Assembly: GCF_009914755.1 (NCBI RefSeq)
Contig: NC_060938.1
Reading direction: 5' to 3' (one strand)
Source: the human T2T-CHM13v2.0 reference genome, Homo sapiens
Length of the DNA stretch: 64,000 nucleotides
The notes under the pieces were generated by a model. The model worked only from the letters and a program-made list of their open reading frames with translations, made no database searches and was not told the origin of the DNA. Positions 13,560 to 25,835 of this stretch are shown in pieces (position 1 is the first letter of the stretch; each line of letters begins with the position of its first letter). The position numbers were made by a program, and so were the translations under genes.

Positions 13560-14419
13560 CACCAGTTTGTCTGTAGCATGCAAACCAGACAAAAGAGAGA
13601 GCTTGGTGAAAAGTAGCCCAACATATACATTTCCCTTATTCAGGGCTCAAGGACTGTGAAATACGTTGTACTATATAGAGAAATGGCTCCACAGTGCGGA
13701 ACGTTAGGATTAGTCCTGCATAACACTTCTGAACTTTGTTCTGATTGAATATATCACTGGAGTCCAAGTGAAGTACTTGGTACGTCTGAATGGCTAAAGT
13801 TATCAATAAGAAGGAAACAAGATGGACCATCAGTCCTACATTAAGTAGAGCCTATATAGGACTTCCAGTTGTTGCCCACACAAAGCCTTGGGAGCCTGCT
13901 TCTTCTTACAAGTTCATCTAGCCAATTTAGGGGTTTAAATTGATGAGTCTATATATAATCTACCCCAATAAGAATTGGGACCACAACTCTCTAAGTAACA
14001 ACACAGTCTGTCTGCCAAGATGCAGAGACAGGCAATATTTTTACTTTTTCCACCTTCAAAGATTTAAATAAAGGAATCCTAATTTTTCCTGTCTCACTAC
14101 TAATTGACTTTGCTTTTATAATCCTTTCTTAGTCATTAATGAAACTATCGGATTTCATTTGAATGCTTTATTACACGAATAGATCAGTCTGCACTACTTC
14201 CACATAATGATGTATCAGTCCAAAACATCAGAGTACATCTTCAAATTGTATACCATAGACATAAAATCATCACTGTCGAAAGACTAGCTTCTTCAAAGGG
14301 GGTCATATTTGATATCACACTGCAAAGTGCTATGCCCGGTCATTCCACCGAACTAACAAGATACCTATATTCTGCATAATGCTGATTAGCAAATACTTTT
14401 ATTTTGTCCAATGATTGAG
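13560..14419 (-). pseudogene. Possible large decayed exon (or 11-nt microexon 13560-13570)
   Basis: Consensus donor GTG|GTAAGT at 13559; unique, CpG-retaining sequence; acceptors at 14420 (tctaattttag) and 13571 (ctctcttttgtctggtttgcatgctacag). Confidence 0.35.
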
Positions 14420-14560
14420 CTAAAATTAGAATGAGGATTTGTTTCCAGTTCCCCCACTTATCCCTCATAGTCTCTCTCTCTCTCTCTCTGTTTCTCTTGT
14501 TCTCTCTTTCTGCTCTCTTCCCTTCCTCGTTTCCTTCTCCTACCCAGCACCCATAGTCTC

Positions 14561-14985
14561 TGATATGATTTGGATGTGTCCCCTCTAAATATCATGTTGA
14601 AATGTAATCTCCAATTCTGGAGGCAGGGCCGGGTGAGGGGTGACTGGATCACAGGGGCAGATCCAGTGGATGGCTTAGCACCATCCCCTTGGTAACGAGT
14701 GCTTTCTATTTGTGAGTTCACGCAAGATCTGGTTGTTTAGAAGTGTGTGGTACCTTCCCTGCTCTCTTTCTTGCTCCTGCTCTTGCCATGTGAAGTGCCT
14801 GCTCCCTCTTCACCTTCCACCTTAGGTAAAAGCTTCCTTGAGGCTTCCCCAGAAGCTGAGCAGGTGCCGGTGCCATGCTTGTACACAGCCTGCGGAACCA
14901 TGAGTCAAATAAATGTCTTTTATTTCTTTATAAATTACCTGGTCACAGGTATTACTTTATAGCAATATGAAAACAGCCAAACACA
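14561..14985 (+). mobile_element. MSTA-type MaLR solo LTR
   Basis: tgatatgatttggatgtgtcccctctaaatatcatgttgaaatg ... ttataaattacc...tttatagcaa...aaacaca. Confidence 0.85.
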
Positions 14986-15171
14986 GCCTCCAAGCCTTTG
15001 GAAGACTTTTCTTAACTTACATATGGCTGATTAACAGAATAAAACTTGGAAGGAATATTTGTAACCTTCATGTTGGCAGTTCAAATGTCACTTTCTCCTT
15101 TCCTTCCCACCTCCATCCCTTTCTCTCCCCTCCACCACTCTCATCCCATGTTTATTATTTTTCTTTAGTTT

Positions 15172-15487
15172 TTATTTTTATTTTTTTAAGAGATGGGGTC
15201 TTGCTCTGTCACCCAGGCTGGAGTTCAGTGGCACAATCTTAGCTCTCTGCAGCCTTAAACTGCTGGACTCAAGCTATCCTCTCACCTCAGCTTACCAAGT
15301 AGCTGGAACTATAGGCGTGTTCCACCATTCACAGCTTCCCCACCCCCCCCCACCCTCACCCCCCTATAAAGACAAGATCTTTCTTTGTTGCCATGGCTGG
15401 TCTCAAACTCCTGGCTTCAAGTGATCCTCTAGTCTCAGCCTCCCAAAAGTGCTAGGATTACAGGTGTGAGCCACCACACCCAACCTA
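15172..15487 (-). mobile_element. AluJ
   Basis: Diverged antisense Alu. Confidence 0.9.
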
Positions 15488-15533
15488 GTCTTCAATCTTG
15501 GTTTTACTCTCTCTCAAATTTTAAAGGACCACA

Positions 15534-15900
15534 TATTCTTTGCAGCCCCTTTTGTCAAGAACGGGAATTTATTTCCACATCCTTTTAGTCTGGGCTGGTT
15601 CTATGACTTTCAGTGGAAATGATCTTGCAATTTCCAAAAAGACCTCATTCTCAACCTTTTGGTACTTTGAGATTGCCTGCTCTCAGGAAGCCTGCTCTGG
15701 CTTTCTTTTTGAGGCTGAAATGCCACATAGAGAAAAGCCCAGCCATCCCAGCTGACCTACCTGCACAGGACTGCTCATTACACAGTACAAGCAAGACCAG
15801 CAGAAGAACCACCACACCATTCACAAATTCATGGTTTTTTTTTAAACCACTAAACTTGGTTGGGGGGGGTGTATGCTGTGAACGCATGCATAACTGAAAG
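15534..15900 (+). mobile_element. MLT1-type MaLR LTR
   Basis: MLT1-like body and 3' end ttttaaaccactaaacttgg...ataactgaaa. Confidence 0.6.
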
Positions 15901-17444
15901 ACTCCATTTTCAGTGTCTCATTTTCTTTTACTCCTCCTCTCTCTTTTCCCCCATAGTTTAAAATGCCCTGTGCTACCAATGCTACAGACATTTGTCTAGT
16001 CATAAGAGTTCCCTTAGGTTTATTTATTTGCCTTTGGCAAATCATTTTTTTTCAATGAGTAACACAGCACTTGACCAGGACCCCATGAATTCATTTAAAT
16101 TTTCAACGAGACAGATGAAGGCAATCATTCTTTTTCACTTATAGATAAGAAGAAAAATAGTTAAGTGGCAATATTTGTGTGTTTGTATATGTGTGCATAT
16201 GGATGCACATGCACACACTTTTTATTATAGCTACAAGGACTTTATGTACTAAAATGTAGAAGTCCTAACTACAAGAGAGATGTATAGACACACGGGAATG
16301 GATGACTCAGCTGGTAAACAGAAGATCAGAAACTGCTGTATCTTTCACATTTTTCTATAAACATTACAGATAGAATAAGATCACTTGCCAGAATGGAGAA
16401 AATCACATCAAATCAGCCCAGCAAATATTCAAGGCAGGAAAATTAAGGCAATGCCCAATGTTCCCATAGTGTTATAGATAAGCTTTATAATGGTTACAAT
16501 GAAAAAAAAAAGATTAATCAGAATTCCTCAAAATCACTTTAAGTTCTGAAGGACGTTTGTGGAATACCTTTCCAAAAATTGAGGACTGATAATCCCCCAC
16601 AAAAGGCAAATTTGATTTTACAGTAGGTTTTCAAAATCTCTATTGCCATTTGATCATATGGTATACACATATTTCATAATGTAATGCCCCCAGTAATCCA
16701 ATTCCTTCCCCATCTCTCCTTATCTCCCTTCCCACTCTTTAGTGTGGCCTTGGTTTATCTCAAATATGCTCAGTCCACACAAAGGGCCATCTCCTGGTCA
16801 TCATCCAAGTCTCTTCCTTCATGGTGCTGAATCAAAGAGGCCGTCTTCAAACACCATATCTAATGGTGCCTGTTGCCCAAATTAGTGTGTTAAATATTAA
16901 TCTGATACACTATTTTACATAACACATATCATTAGCTGAAATTACCTTGCATTTTAATTTGTTGACTTATTTATTATTTATTTCCCTCCAACTAAATTAA
17001 TAGTTTATGAGATCAAGGACCTTCCTTTCCATACTCACTATTATGTCCTTAGTATCTAGAACATATGTGTTTGTTGCATGAACTGGACAAATGAACTAGA
17101 TATAGAAAGTGCAAAGTTGATCTACCAGCCAGGCTAAAGTATTTAATCCCACGTAATTTCTTCCTGACACATAATTTGGAATCTCTTGCTTTTCTGTCAA
17201 CATCAGTACTCCAAAAAGAAAGCTAAATTTTGATATGGGCCTAATGAAACTTTTTAAATTGTATCTATTGTGTGGAACACAATTTAATTCAAAAGCTAAA
17301 TATATATTCTATATGTTTAAATGTATTTATTATATTTATCACATGTCAGAACATGAGATACCTGCACTTCTCCATCAGTAGGGGTAATTGAGACCTGACT
17401 GTGTGTAGCAATCTTGGAATCATGGCCTCCAGCTAAAAACTTAC

Positions 17445-17525
17445 ATCTGAGGCTAAATACTAAAGGTACTGTTTGCCTTGTGTCAGCAGATCCACCATAT
17501 TACTTTGAAAATGCACCACCCTTCC
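17445..17525 (-). pseudogene. Exon remnant, 81 nt
   Basis: Acceptor actgtag, donor GAT|GTAAGT; at least one stop in every frame. Confidence 0.35.
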
Positions 17526-18998
17526 CTACAGTGCACAGTATACTTATAAAGATGTATGATATGATCTGTTTCCCACTGGGAAGAAATGGTTTGTAGGACA
17601 AAAAGAGCTGCTGTGAGTGAGTCAGAAAGCATGCATCTTCTGTAAAACTGAAATGCCTCGCTCCATGAAGCACAGAGAATTTTGTAAAATAATTCACCGG
17701 TTTTCCCTACTGCTTAAACTTTGCCATTTTATTAGCAGCTTAATGAGTAATACAAAAAATGTCCTGTATAGGTAAAAGTTACAACATTAGGATGCCTGAA
17801 TAAAGAAAACACACGCACTGGTGTAACTAATTTTTTCTAAATTTTAAATGGTAGAGGAAAATTTTTCAACACCTTAATTTTAAAAAATTTGCACTATTGT
17901 TTGCTAAAGATTATTTGGTCAATGACTAGCAAGAGTCAAATTACTTTGAAAGTTAAGATTTGTTATAAGATATAAATATCCAAGGAAAAAAACCTATGGT
18001 TCTCTATTATATTGCACACTTTAGCAGAACACAAATTGCCTGACATTCATCTCCAGATATGTGCTGCTTCCAAATCTCTGTAACTTCTTTACTCTCCTAT
18101 GAAAGAGATCAGCATGGGGAAAAGAAGAAAATAAAGTGCATATTTACAAAGATAGGTATTTCAATTTCATTTATAGTTTAAGAAAACATTACAACTAGTG
18201 ATATATGAACCTTGTTCATCCACTTATTTTTCACCTTTCTTGAATTTTACTGCAGCTAAGAAGGAAAATATAAGGTTATTTTAGTTGCTATATATCAACA
18301 TAACTATTCCTTAGGCAAAATAAAAATTTAAATACAATCTTCTGTGCCTTTAGTTTTAAAATAAACATTTTAAACTGGGAAATGGTTCAAATTGTATGGT
18401 TGGACACCAAAGATCAATGGCAGCAGTTTTGGTTCATAACATACAAGTCAATGAGCTGAATTTTGAGGGCATAGAGGGCAGGGGGTTAGAGAGTCCTTGC
18501 AAGCAATAGGGTAGTGAGGTCATCAGATCAATGGACAAAGCAGGAAGTTCCTTGCATCCAGAGTAAGTGGTTTTGATTGCATCATGTAGGCCAGAGGGGA
18601 TATGGGATATGTATTTTATAAAACTGGTTAATAAGCAAACTTAATTCAGTATGTTCAAATAAGTAGTCAATGGCTATCTGAATACTTAAAAGAGGTTAAT
18701 ACTCTTGTGTATATTAGAAATGGCCTAATCCAGCCCCACAGGAAAAGTGTTCATAATATGATAAAAGCAAGCATTGTGGTAATACTTTGAATTGCATCAC
18801 AGCCATTTTTTTTTCTGATAAACTTACATTTATTGTTTTTTCCTAATAATAAAAAATACAAAGCTCTAAAAGACTTGTCATTATTTAAATTACTATGATT
18901 TTCTTTTACATTTCCATGACCACAATGTCACTGGTAATGGTTTGAGAGACATAATGTAAGCCCAATAAAATAACAGTTTAATCTCCATTGAGTAATAC

Positions 18999-19143
18999 CT
19001 TTAACTCATGGTGGGAAAGATATCACTGAATGATGCATAGCATGTATCATTTCTCATAGACACTGGCTTAGGAATAAGCACAAGTAGTTCCTCGTGAATT
19101 GCGCATCTTTTATTAAGACTTTTCCACTTTTTTCTGGACAGAA
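18999..19143 (-). pseudogene. Exon remnant (V)LSRKKWKSLNKRCAIHEELLVLIPKPVSMRNDTCYASFSDIFPTMS*
   Basis: Acceptor tatttgtttctcacag, donor AAG|GTATTA; 46 open codons; phase fits an upstream TAG|GTGAGT donor at 22777. Confidence 0.45.
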
Positions 19144-19289
19144 CTGTGAGAAACAAATAATCCTAATTATGTAACATGATCCTCAGACAGACATCAGTAA
19201 GGCAACTTATATGTCAACTTTTGTGTAGGTCCCACTAAATCCATACATTCTTGCAAAAATATTTGAGAGCATATGATGTTCACGAGAAA

Positions 19290-19902
19290 ATTCTAAGTGA
19301 GGCTCGTAGGGAAGAACATTCAAACAAAGGGAATAACAAATACAAATAAAAAGGCTGTGAAATGGGTGAATGCACGTCCATATATGAAGAACACTGAGCA
19401 GAAAGTCCAGGTGGCTATATTAGTAGGAGATAGGCACTGTAAAAAGGAAATTCAGAGGCAACAAGGGCCTGATCATATAGAACTGCTATGCCACTGTAAA
19501 GATCTTTGGCTTTTCTCTGAATAAGACAAGGAGTCACTGGAAAGTTCTAAGCAGCTGAAAGATGTAAAAGTAAGTTTTAAAAGAATCACTCTGGCTGCTG
19601 TACTGAAAACAGACTGGAGGGGCACAGGGAAGAAGCAGGAGACTAGTTAGGATCTTGTCTGTGATTCAGTTGACAGGTGATGACATGTGACTTGGATGAG
19701 GGTAGTAGCAGAGAAACCGGCTGGATTCTGGATATTTGTAGAAGCAGAACTATGCTGACAGGTTGGAATTTGGTCTGGAGAGAAAAAAGGGAGTCAAGGT
19801 TTTTGACCTGAGCAACTAAAAGAATGAATTTATCACTTACTGAGAAAAAAACAAAAGTCTAGAAGAGCAGGTCCAGTGAGGGAAAATCAGGCATTCAGTT
19901 CT
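19290..19902 (-). mobile_element. L2 fragment, interrupted by L1PB and resuming at about 22575-22610
   Basis: gaatcactctggctgctgt, ggattctggatattt, tttttgacctgagcaact. Confidence 0.8.
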
Positions 19903-20278
19903 TTTTTTATTTTTATCTTTTTTATTTTTCCATAGGTTATTGGGGTGCAGGTGGTATTTGGTTACATGAGTAAGTTCTTTAGTGGTGATTGGTGAGGTTT
20001 TGGAGCACCCATCACCCAAGCAGTATACGCTGCACAGTATTTGTTGTCTTTTATCCCTCACCTCCCTCCTACTCGTCTTCTCAAGTCCCCAAAGTTCATT
20101 GTATTGTATCATTCTTATGCTTTTGCGTCCTCATAGCTTAGCTGAAACATATCTGTGAGAACATACAATGTTTGGTTTTCCATTCCTGAGTTACTTCACA
20201 TAGAATAATAGTCTCCACTCTTATCCAGGTCACTGTAAATGCTGTCAATTCATTCCTTTTCTATGGCTGAGTAGTATT

Positions 20279-20334
<56 letters not shown>

Positions 20335-22573
20335 TTTCTTTATCTACTTGTTGATTGATGGGCATTTGGGTTGGTTCCATGATTTTGCAATTGTGAATTG
20401 TGCTGCTATAAAAATGTGTGTGCTAGTATCTTTTTTGTATAATGGCTTCTTTTCCTCTGGGTAGATACCCAGTAGTGGGATTGCTGGATCAAATGGTAGT
20501 TCTACTTTCAGCTCTTTAAGGAATCTCCACACTGTTTTCCATAGTGGCTGTAGTAGTTTCCATTCCCACCAGCAGTGTAGAAGTGTTCCCCAATCACCAC
20601 ATCCACATCAACATCTAGGATCAGATGGATTCACAGCAGAATTCTACCAGACATTCAATGAAGAATTGCTACCAATCCTATTGACACTATTCCACAAGAC
20701 AGAGACAGAGGGAACCCTCCCTAATTCATTCTATGAAGCCAGCATCACCCTAATGCTAAAACCAGGAAAGGATACAACCAAAAAAGAAAACTACTGACTG
20801 ATATCCCTGATGAACATAGATGCTAAAATCCTTAACACAATACTAGCTAACGGAATCCACCATGATCAAGTGGGTTTCATACCAGGGAAGTCAATAAATG
20901 TGATGCACCATATAAACAGAATTAAAAACAAAAATCACATGATCATCTCAATAGATGCAGAAAAAGCATTCCATAAAATCCAGCACCCTTTATGATTAAA
21001 ACTCTCAGCAAAATCGGCATAAAAGGGATATACCTCAATGTAATAAAAGTCATCTATGACAAACTCACTACCAACATAATACTGAATGGGGAAAAGCTGA
21101 AAGCATTCCCTCTGAGAACTGGAACAAGATAAGATGTCCACTCTCACCACTCCTCTTCAACATAGTACTGGAAGTCCTAGCCAGAGTAATCAGACAAGAG
21201 AAAGTAAGGGCATCCAAACTGGTAAAGAGGAAGTCAAACTGTCACAGTTTGCTGATGATATGATCGTTTATCGTGAAAACCCTAATGACTCTTCCAGAAA
21301 GCTCCTAGAATAAAATAATTGAGCAAAGTTTCCAGATACAAGACTAACGTACAAAAATCAGTAGTTCTCCTATACACCAAGAGCAACCAAGCGGAGAATC
21401 AAATCAAGAACTCAACCCCTTTTACAATAGCTAAAAACAAACAAACAACAACAACAACAACAACAACAAAAACTTAGGAATATACCTAACCAAGGAGGTG
21501 TAAGACCTCCACAAGGAAAACTATAAAACACTCCTGAAAGAAATAATAGATGACACAAACAAATGGAAACACATCCCATGCTCATGGATGGGGAGAATCA
21601 ATATTGTGAAGGACGGGGAGAATCAATATGGTGAAAATAACCATACTGCCAAAGCCAATCTACAAATTCAATGCAATCCCCATCAAAATACCACCATAAT
21701 TCTTCACAGAATTAGAAAAAAACTATTCTAAAATTCATATGAAACCAAAAAAGAGCCCGCATAGCCAAAGCAAGACAAAGCAAAAAGGACAAATCTGAGG
21801 GCATCACACTACCTGATTTCAAACTATACTATAAGGCCACAGTCACCAAAACAGCATGGTACTGGTATAAAAATAGGCACATAGGCCAATGGAACAGAAT
21901 AGAGAACCCAGAAGTAAACCCAAATACTTACAGCCAACTGATCTTTGACAAAGCAAAAAAAACATAAAGTGGAAAAAGGACAGCCTATTCAAAAATGGTG
22001 CTGGGATAATTGGCAAGTCACAGGTAGGAGAATGAAACTGGATCCTCATCTCTCACCTTATATAAAAATCACCTCAATATGGATTAAGGACTTAAACCTA
22101 AGACCTGAAACTATAAAAATTCTAGAAAATTACATTGGAAAAACCCTTCTAAACATTGGCTTAGGCAAAGATTTCATGACCAAGAACCCAAAAGCAAATG
22201 CAATAAAAACAAAGATAAATAGCTGGGACTTAATTAACCTAAAGAGCTTTTGCATGGCAAAAGGAACAGTCAGCAGAGTAAACAGACAACCCACAGAGTG
22301 GGAGAAAATCTTCACTATATATATATTTGACAAGGGACTAATACCCAGAATCGACAACAAACTCAAAAAAAATCAGCAAAAAAACAAACAATCCTATCGA
22401 AAAGTTGGCTAAGGACAAGAAGAGACAATTCTCAAAAGAAGATATACAAATGGCCAACAAACATGAGAAAATACTCAACATCACTAATGACCAGGGAAAT
22501 GCCAATCAAAACCACAATGTGATATCACTTTACTCCTGCCAAAATGGCCATAATCAAAAAATAAAAAAACAGT
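19903..22573 (-). mobile_element. L1PB1-type LINE-1 with 5' inversion (3' part antisense 19903-20617; inverted ORF2 part sense 20618-22573)
   Basis: 14-bp TSD aggcattcagttct at 19889-19902 and 22574-22587; poly(T) at left; ORF2 peptides; (TA)n at 20285-20332. Confidence 0.95.
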
Positions 22574-23057
22574 AGGCATTCAGTTCTGATGTTACGTTTG
22601 AGATGTTCCCAATCTTAAGTGCTTGGAAAGCCACATGCCAAACAAAGCATAGTAGAGCCAATGAAAATAACAGGATTATCTGGGATGTAGTGCATATTGA
22701 TCAAGCACTTTATTGGCCAACAGTATAACATAACACATCAAAAAGCAATTATGGGGAGCAACAGCAGAGTAACTCACCTATGTGAAGCACTTGCTCAGTA
22801 AACAGAGAAACACTAAAACCTATTACTTTCCAAGAGTGGAAAGTTGTGTTTAGCAAGGCAGAGATACCACAGAATCACAAGTTTAAAAAATTATTTGGGA
22901 CTCAAACAAAATGTTTAGTGGGAAGAAACTCCGGCTATCTTATCTGGCAATACTTCGCAAGTTTCCAAATGAATGCTGAATCCAAGAAATATGATTTCCC
23001 TATTCTGTACCCAAATTCTACTTTATCACTGCATTCACCAAATTATATTTCAAATGT

Positions 23058-23076
23058 GATAGATAGATAGATAGAC

Positions 23077-23124
<48 letters not shown>
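23058..23124. repeat. Compound (AGAT)n/AGAC tetranucleotide STR
   Basis: About 16 GATA units with one GACA interruption. Confidence 0.95.
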
Positions 23125-24325
23125 CTTCTGTGTTTTATTCATTGCTGTCATCTGGCATAAAGTGTGACACCCCACAGTCACAGTATAAAAGCTTATTCAA
23201 TAGAATTCATGTAATTTAGGAGGTTACATATACTCATGGAAAAACTACCAATCTAAAATAATAAGTTGTTATGTTTCTAATACTTCAAAATGTTTTTTTC
23301 AAATACAAGCTTTAACAACAATAACAAAAACTTGAGTCATATAACTTTCTTAAGCTGCTCAAAGTTCTGGATGTCGAAGGTTAGAACCTCCGTCATCTCA
23401 ATTTTAAATTTTATTAGTATTCCAAGGTGATCTGTCTTTCAACTTCTCAAACAGCATTTATAACGTAATTTTTTAAATTACTGGCTATGAGAAACTATTT
23501 GGGCATGCTTCTATACCTTCTCCAAGCAATTTGCCGCTGTTGGTACTCTTTAAAAGCTATCTATACTTTGTTTTTTTCCCACAAGAGGTGCTAAAATAGC
23601 ATTTCTATAGGAAATGTGTTATATACAAGAAATTAAGTGTACTTTATACATATTCCACCAGGTAAAAATACACAGAATAAAATTCATATCTATTTTAAAA
23701 TATGGTACTTATTGATAAGGCAAATGTGCTCCAGTCATCTAAACCTGACGATACTTAAAAGCTGATCAAGTTTATTAGCAGGACCTAATATTTCCCCTTC
23801 CTCACCTCTCCAACACTTTAGCATCCTCTGGAGACCTACTGATACCATATTTTCTTTCCCTTATTGAGGGTATTGAAAACCGAAGTTAGAGAAGAATCTC
23901 AGAAAGCCGTTCACATTGAGTTTTAAGCACCTTCCAAACACCAGCCATTGTGATCATTGTTATAGTTTTCTCATTTCTTTTTCATACCAACTCTGAAGTA
24001 ACTACCATTACCTTATTTTCCTGTAGAGATAATTGAGGAGACCTTAGGGTATAAATAATTTCCCTGTGGCCACTCAGCCAGCTACTGGCAAGGGTCAACT
24101 CCAGCTCTGTGTGACCCCAAAAGCCCCGTTGTTCATTAGACTGCAAACTGCTGAAAACATATCCTATTCAAATGAATTCTACATCTGAACACATTAGCAA
24201 AGTTTTAAACAAAAGAAATAAAACAAGCTGCAAGGTAGACTTCAGACATTTACCAGAAGAGGGGAATGCATATTTTGGGGAGGAAGTTCTGAATCTACTA
24301 TTTGCAGGCAACTTTACTTCATTTA

Positions 24326-24385
<60 letters not shown>

Positions 24386-24388
24386 ACC
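24326..24388. repeat. (CT)n(CA)n compound microsatellite
   Basis: Direct observation. Confidence 0.95.
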
Positions 24389-24954
24389 CACCAACCATCC
24401 CAGAAATAAACAAATCCTGAACTTGCAGAAATATTATTTATTGTGAAAGAGAGATTCACTTCATATTATGAGGGCTGAAAACACCCAAACAATCTAGGAT
24501 ATGGATTTAATATGTTATCTGCACATACATTTATATATAGCTATCCTGATTTCCTTTGTGAATGATACATATCTGTCCTATCAACATTCATCACACGTGA
24601 TGACAATGTAATTTTCTTTGCTGGTAAAAGATTTCATGTGGTTAACTTTTCATGTCACACTAAAAATAAACCCCCATTCACTTATTAAAAATTTTACCTA
24701 TACTTTTATATGAACTATTTTAAATTTCTTTCATCAGTTATGAACACATTTAAAACATCTTTGCAATATTTGGAGTTGTGTTAAATATGGCTACTATGTA
24801 GCTCTATTGGAGGGGTTGACAACAGAATTTGTGCCATTCTAGAAGAAATTTATATAGATTATTTAGAAGTTATGATAAACTTTTCCCGGACAAAAATCAA
24901 TTTTCCCCATAAAAAATGTTGTTTAAATTTGCCCAGAGATTGGTTATTCTTGTT

Positions 24955-25258
24955 TTCTTTTTTCTTTTTTTTTTTTTTTTTGACAGTGTCTCAAAAAAAA
25001 AAAAAAGTGGTGCAATGGTGCGATCTCAGCTCACTGCAACCTCTGCCTCCTGGGTTCAGATGGTTCTCTTGCCTCAGCCTCCCGAGTAGCTTGGGTTACA
25101 GGCACCTGCCATCATGTTGCGCTAATTTTTTTATTTTTTGAAGAGACAGGGTTTCACCATGTTACTCAGGCTGGTCTCAAACTCCTGACTTCAAGTGATC
25201 CACCCACCTTTGGCTCCCAAAATGCTGGGATTACAGGCATGAGCCATCGCATCCGGCC
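24955..25258 (-). mobile_element. AluS with rearranged 3' end
   Basis: Antisense Alu with an A14 run replacing part of the right-arm end. Confidence 0.9.
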
Positions 25259-25669
25259 ACTTTTTCACCTTTTAAATCAATGATTTCTCTCAGATGCATT
25301 TCACTCAGTTTTATAGAGCAGAAGCCTACCTCTCTTACACCCAATACTGGCCTTCCATTAATGTTATTTCCACACTCGTGCTAACTCACAGATAAATTAT
25401 AGATTAATTTTAATACAACATGCTTCCATGAAGCCATATAAATTAGAAGTGTTCACCAATGAGTGATTCTTAAAAATGGCTAGAGATTTTAAAAAGGCCA
25501 AGTTTCCTGATTTAAAACCCTCCAGTGGGACAAAGATCTAAATCGCTATCTGATCAGATAAAACCTCTACTGAAGAAAAGGGAAAATGAGAAGTGTAGCA
25601 ATTTGTATGCATCTCAGATTTAAACCAATTCCACATTGTAAGATGTTAAGGTACATGTTTCCAGGGCCT

Positions 25670-25835
25670 AGTAATTACATAATTTCTCTATCTCTTACTT
25701 TTCTCTTCTATAATATGGTGCCAATAATAGTACCCACTTCAGGTGGGGTTTGGATTTTTAGAATATTGTATCTATTAAGGATTTGGCTCTGTATCTGGTA
25801 CACAGTAAATGTTCCATAAGTTTAACTTTATTATT
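25670..25835 (+). mobile_element. MIR
   Basis: ttttctcttctataatatggtgccaataatagtacc...cacagtaaatgttccataa. Confidence 0.55.

Larger units (their letters stand above)
23517..25569 (-). pseudogene. Cluster of five exon remnants (25457-25569, 25330-25380, 24698-24838, 24529-24620, 23517-23590)
   Basis: Strong acceptor ttttcccttttcttcag at 25570; 76- and 77-nt introns; GT donors; reading frame ambiguous, with stops. Confidence 0.4.

Noticed and set aside
13636-13830. TLAIQTYQV resembles bornavirus L TLAIRIYQV; LLIDNFSH in another frame resembles a pogo-type DDE motif
   Set aside because: Only short isolated matches, and the flanks do not follow either family; no poly(A)/TSD or terminal inverted repeats
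20810-22412. 155-aa and other ORFs
   Set aside because: Degraded L1PB ORF2
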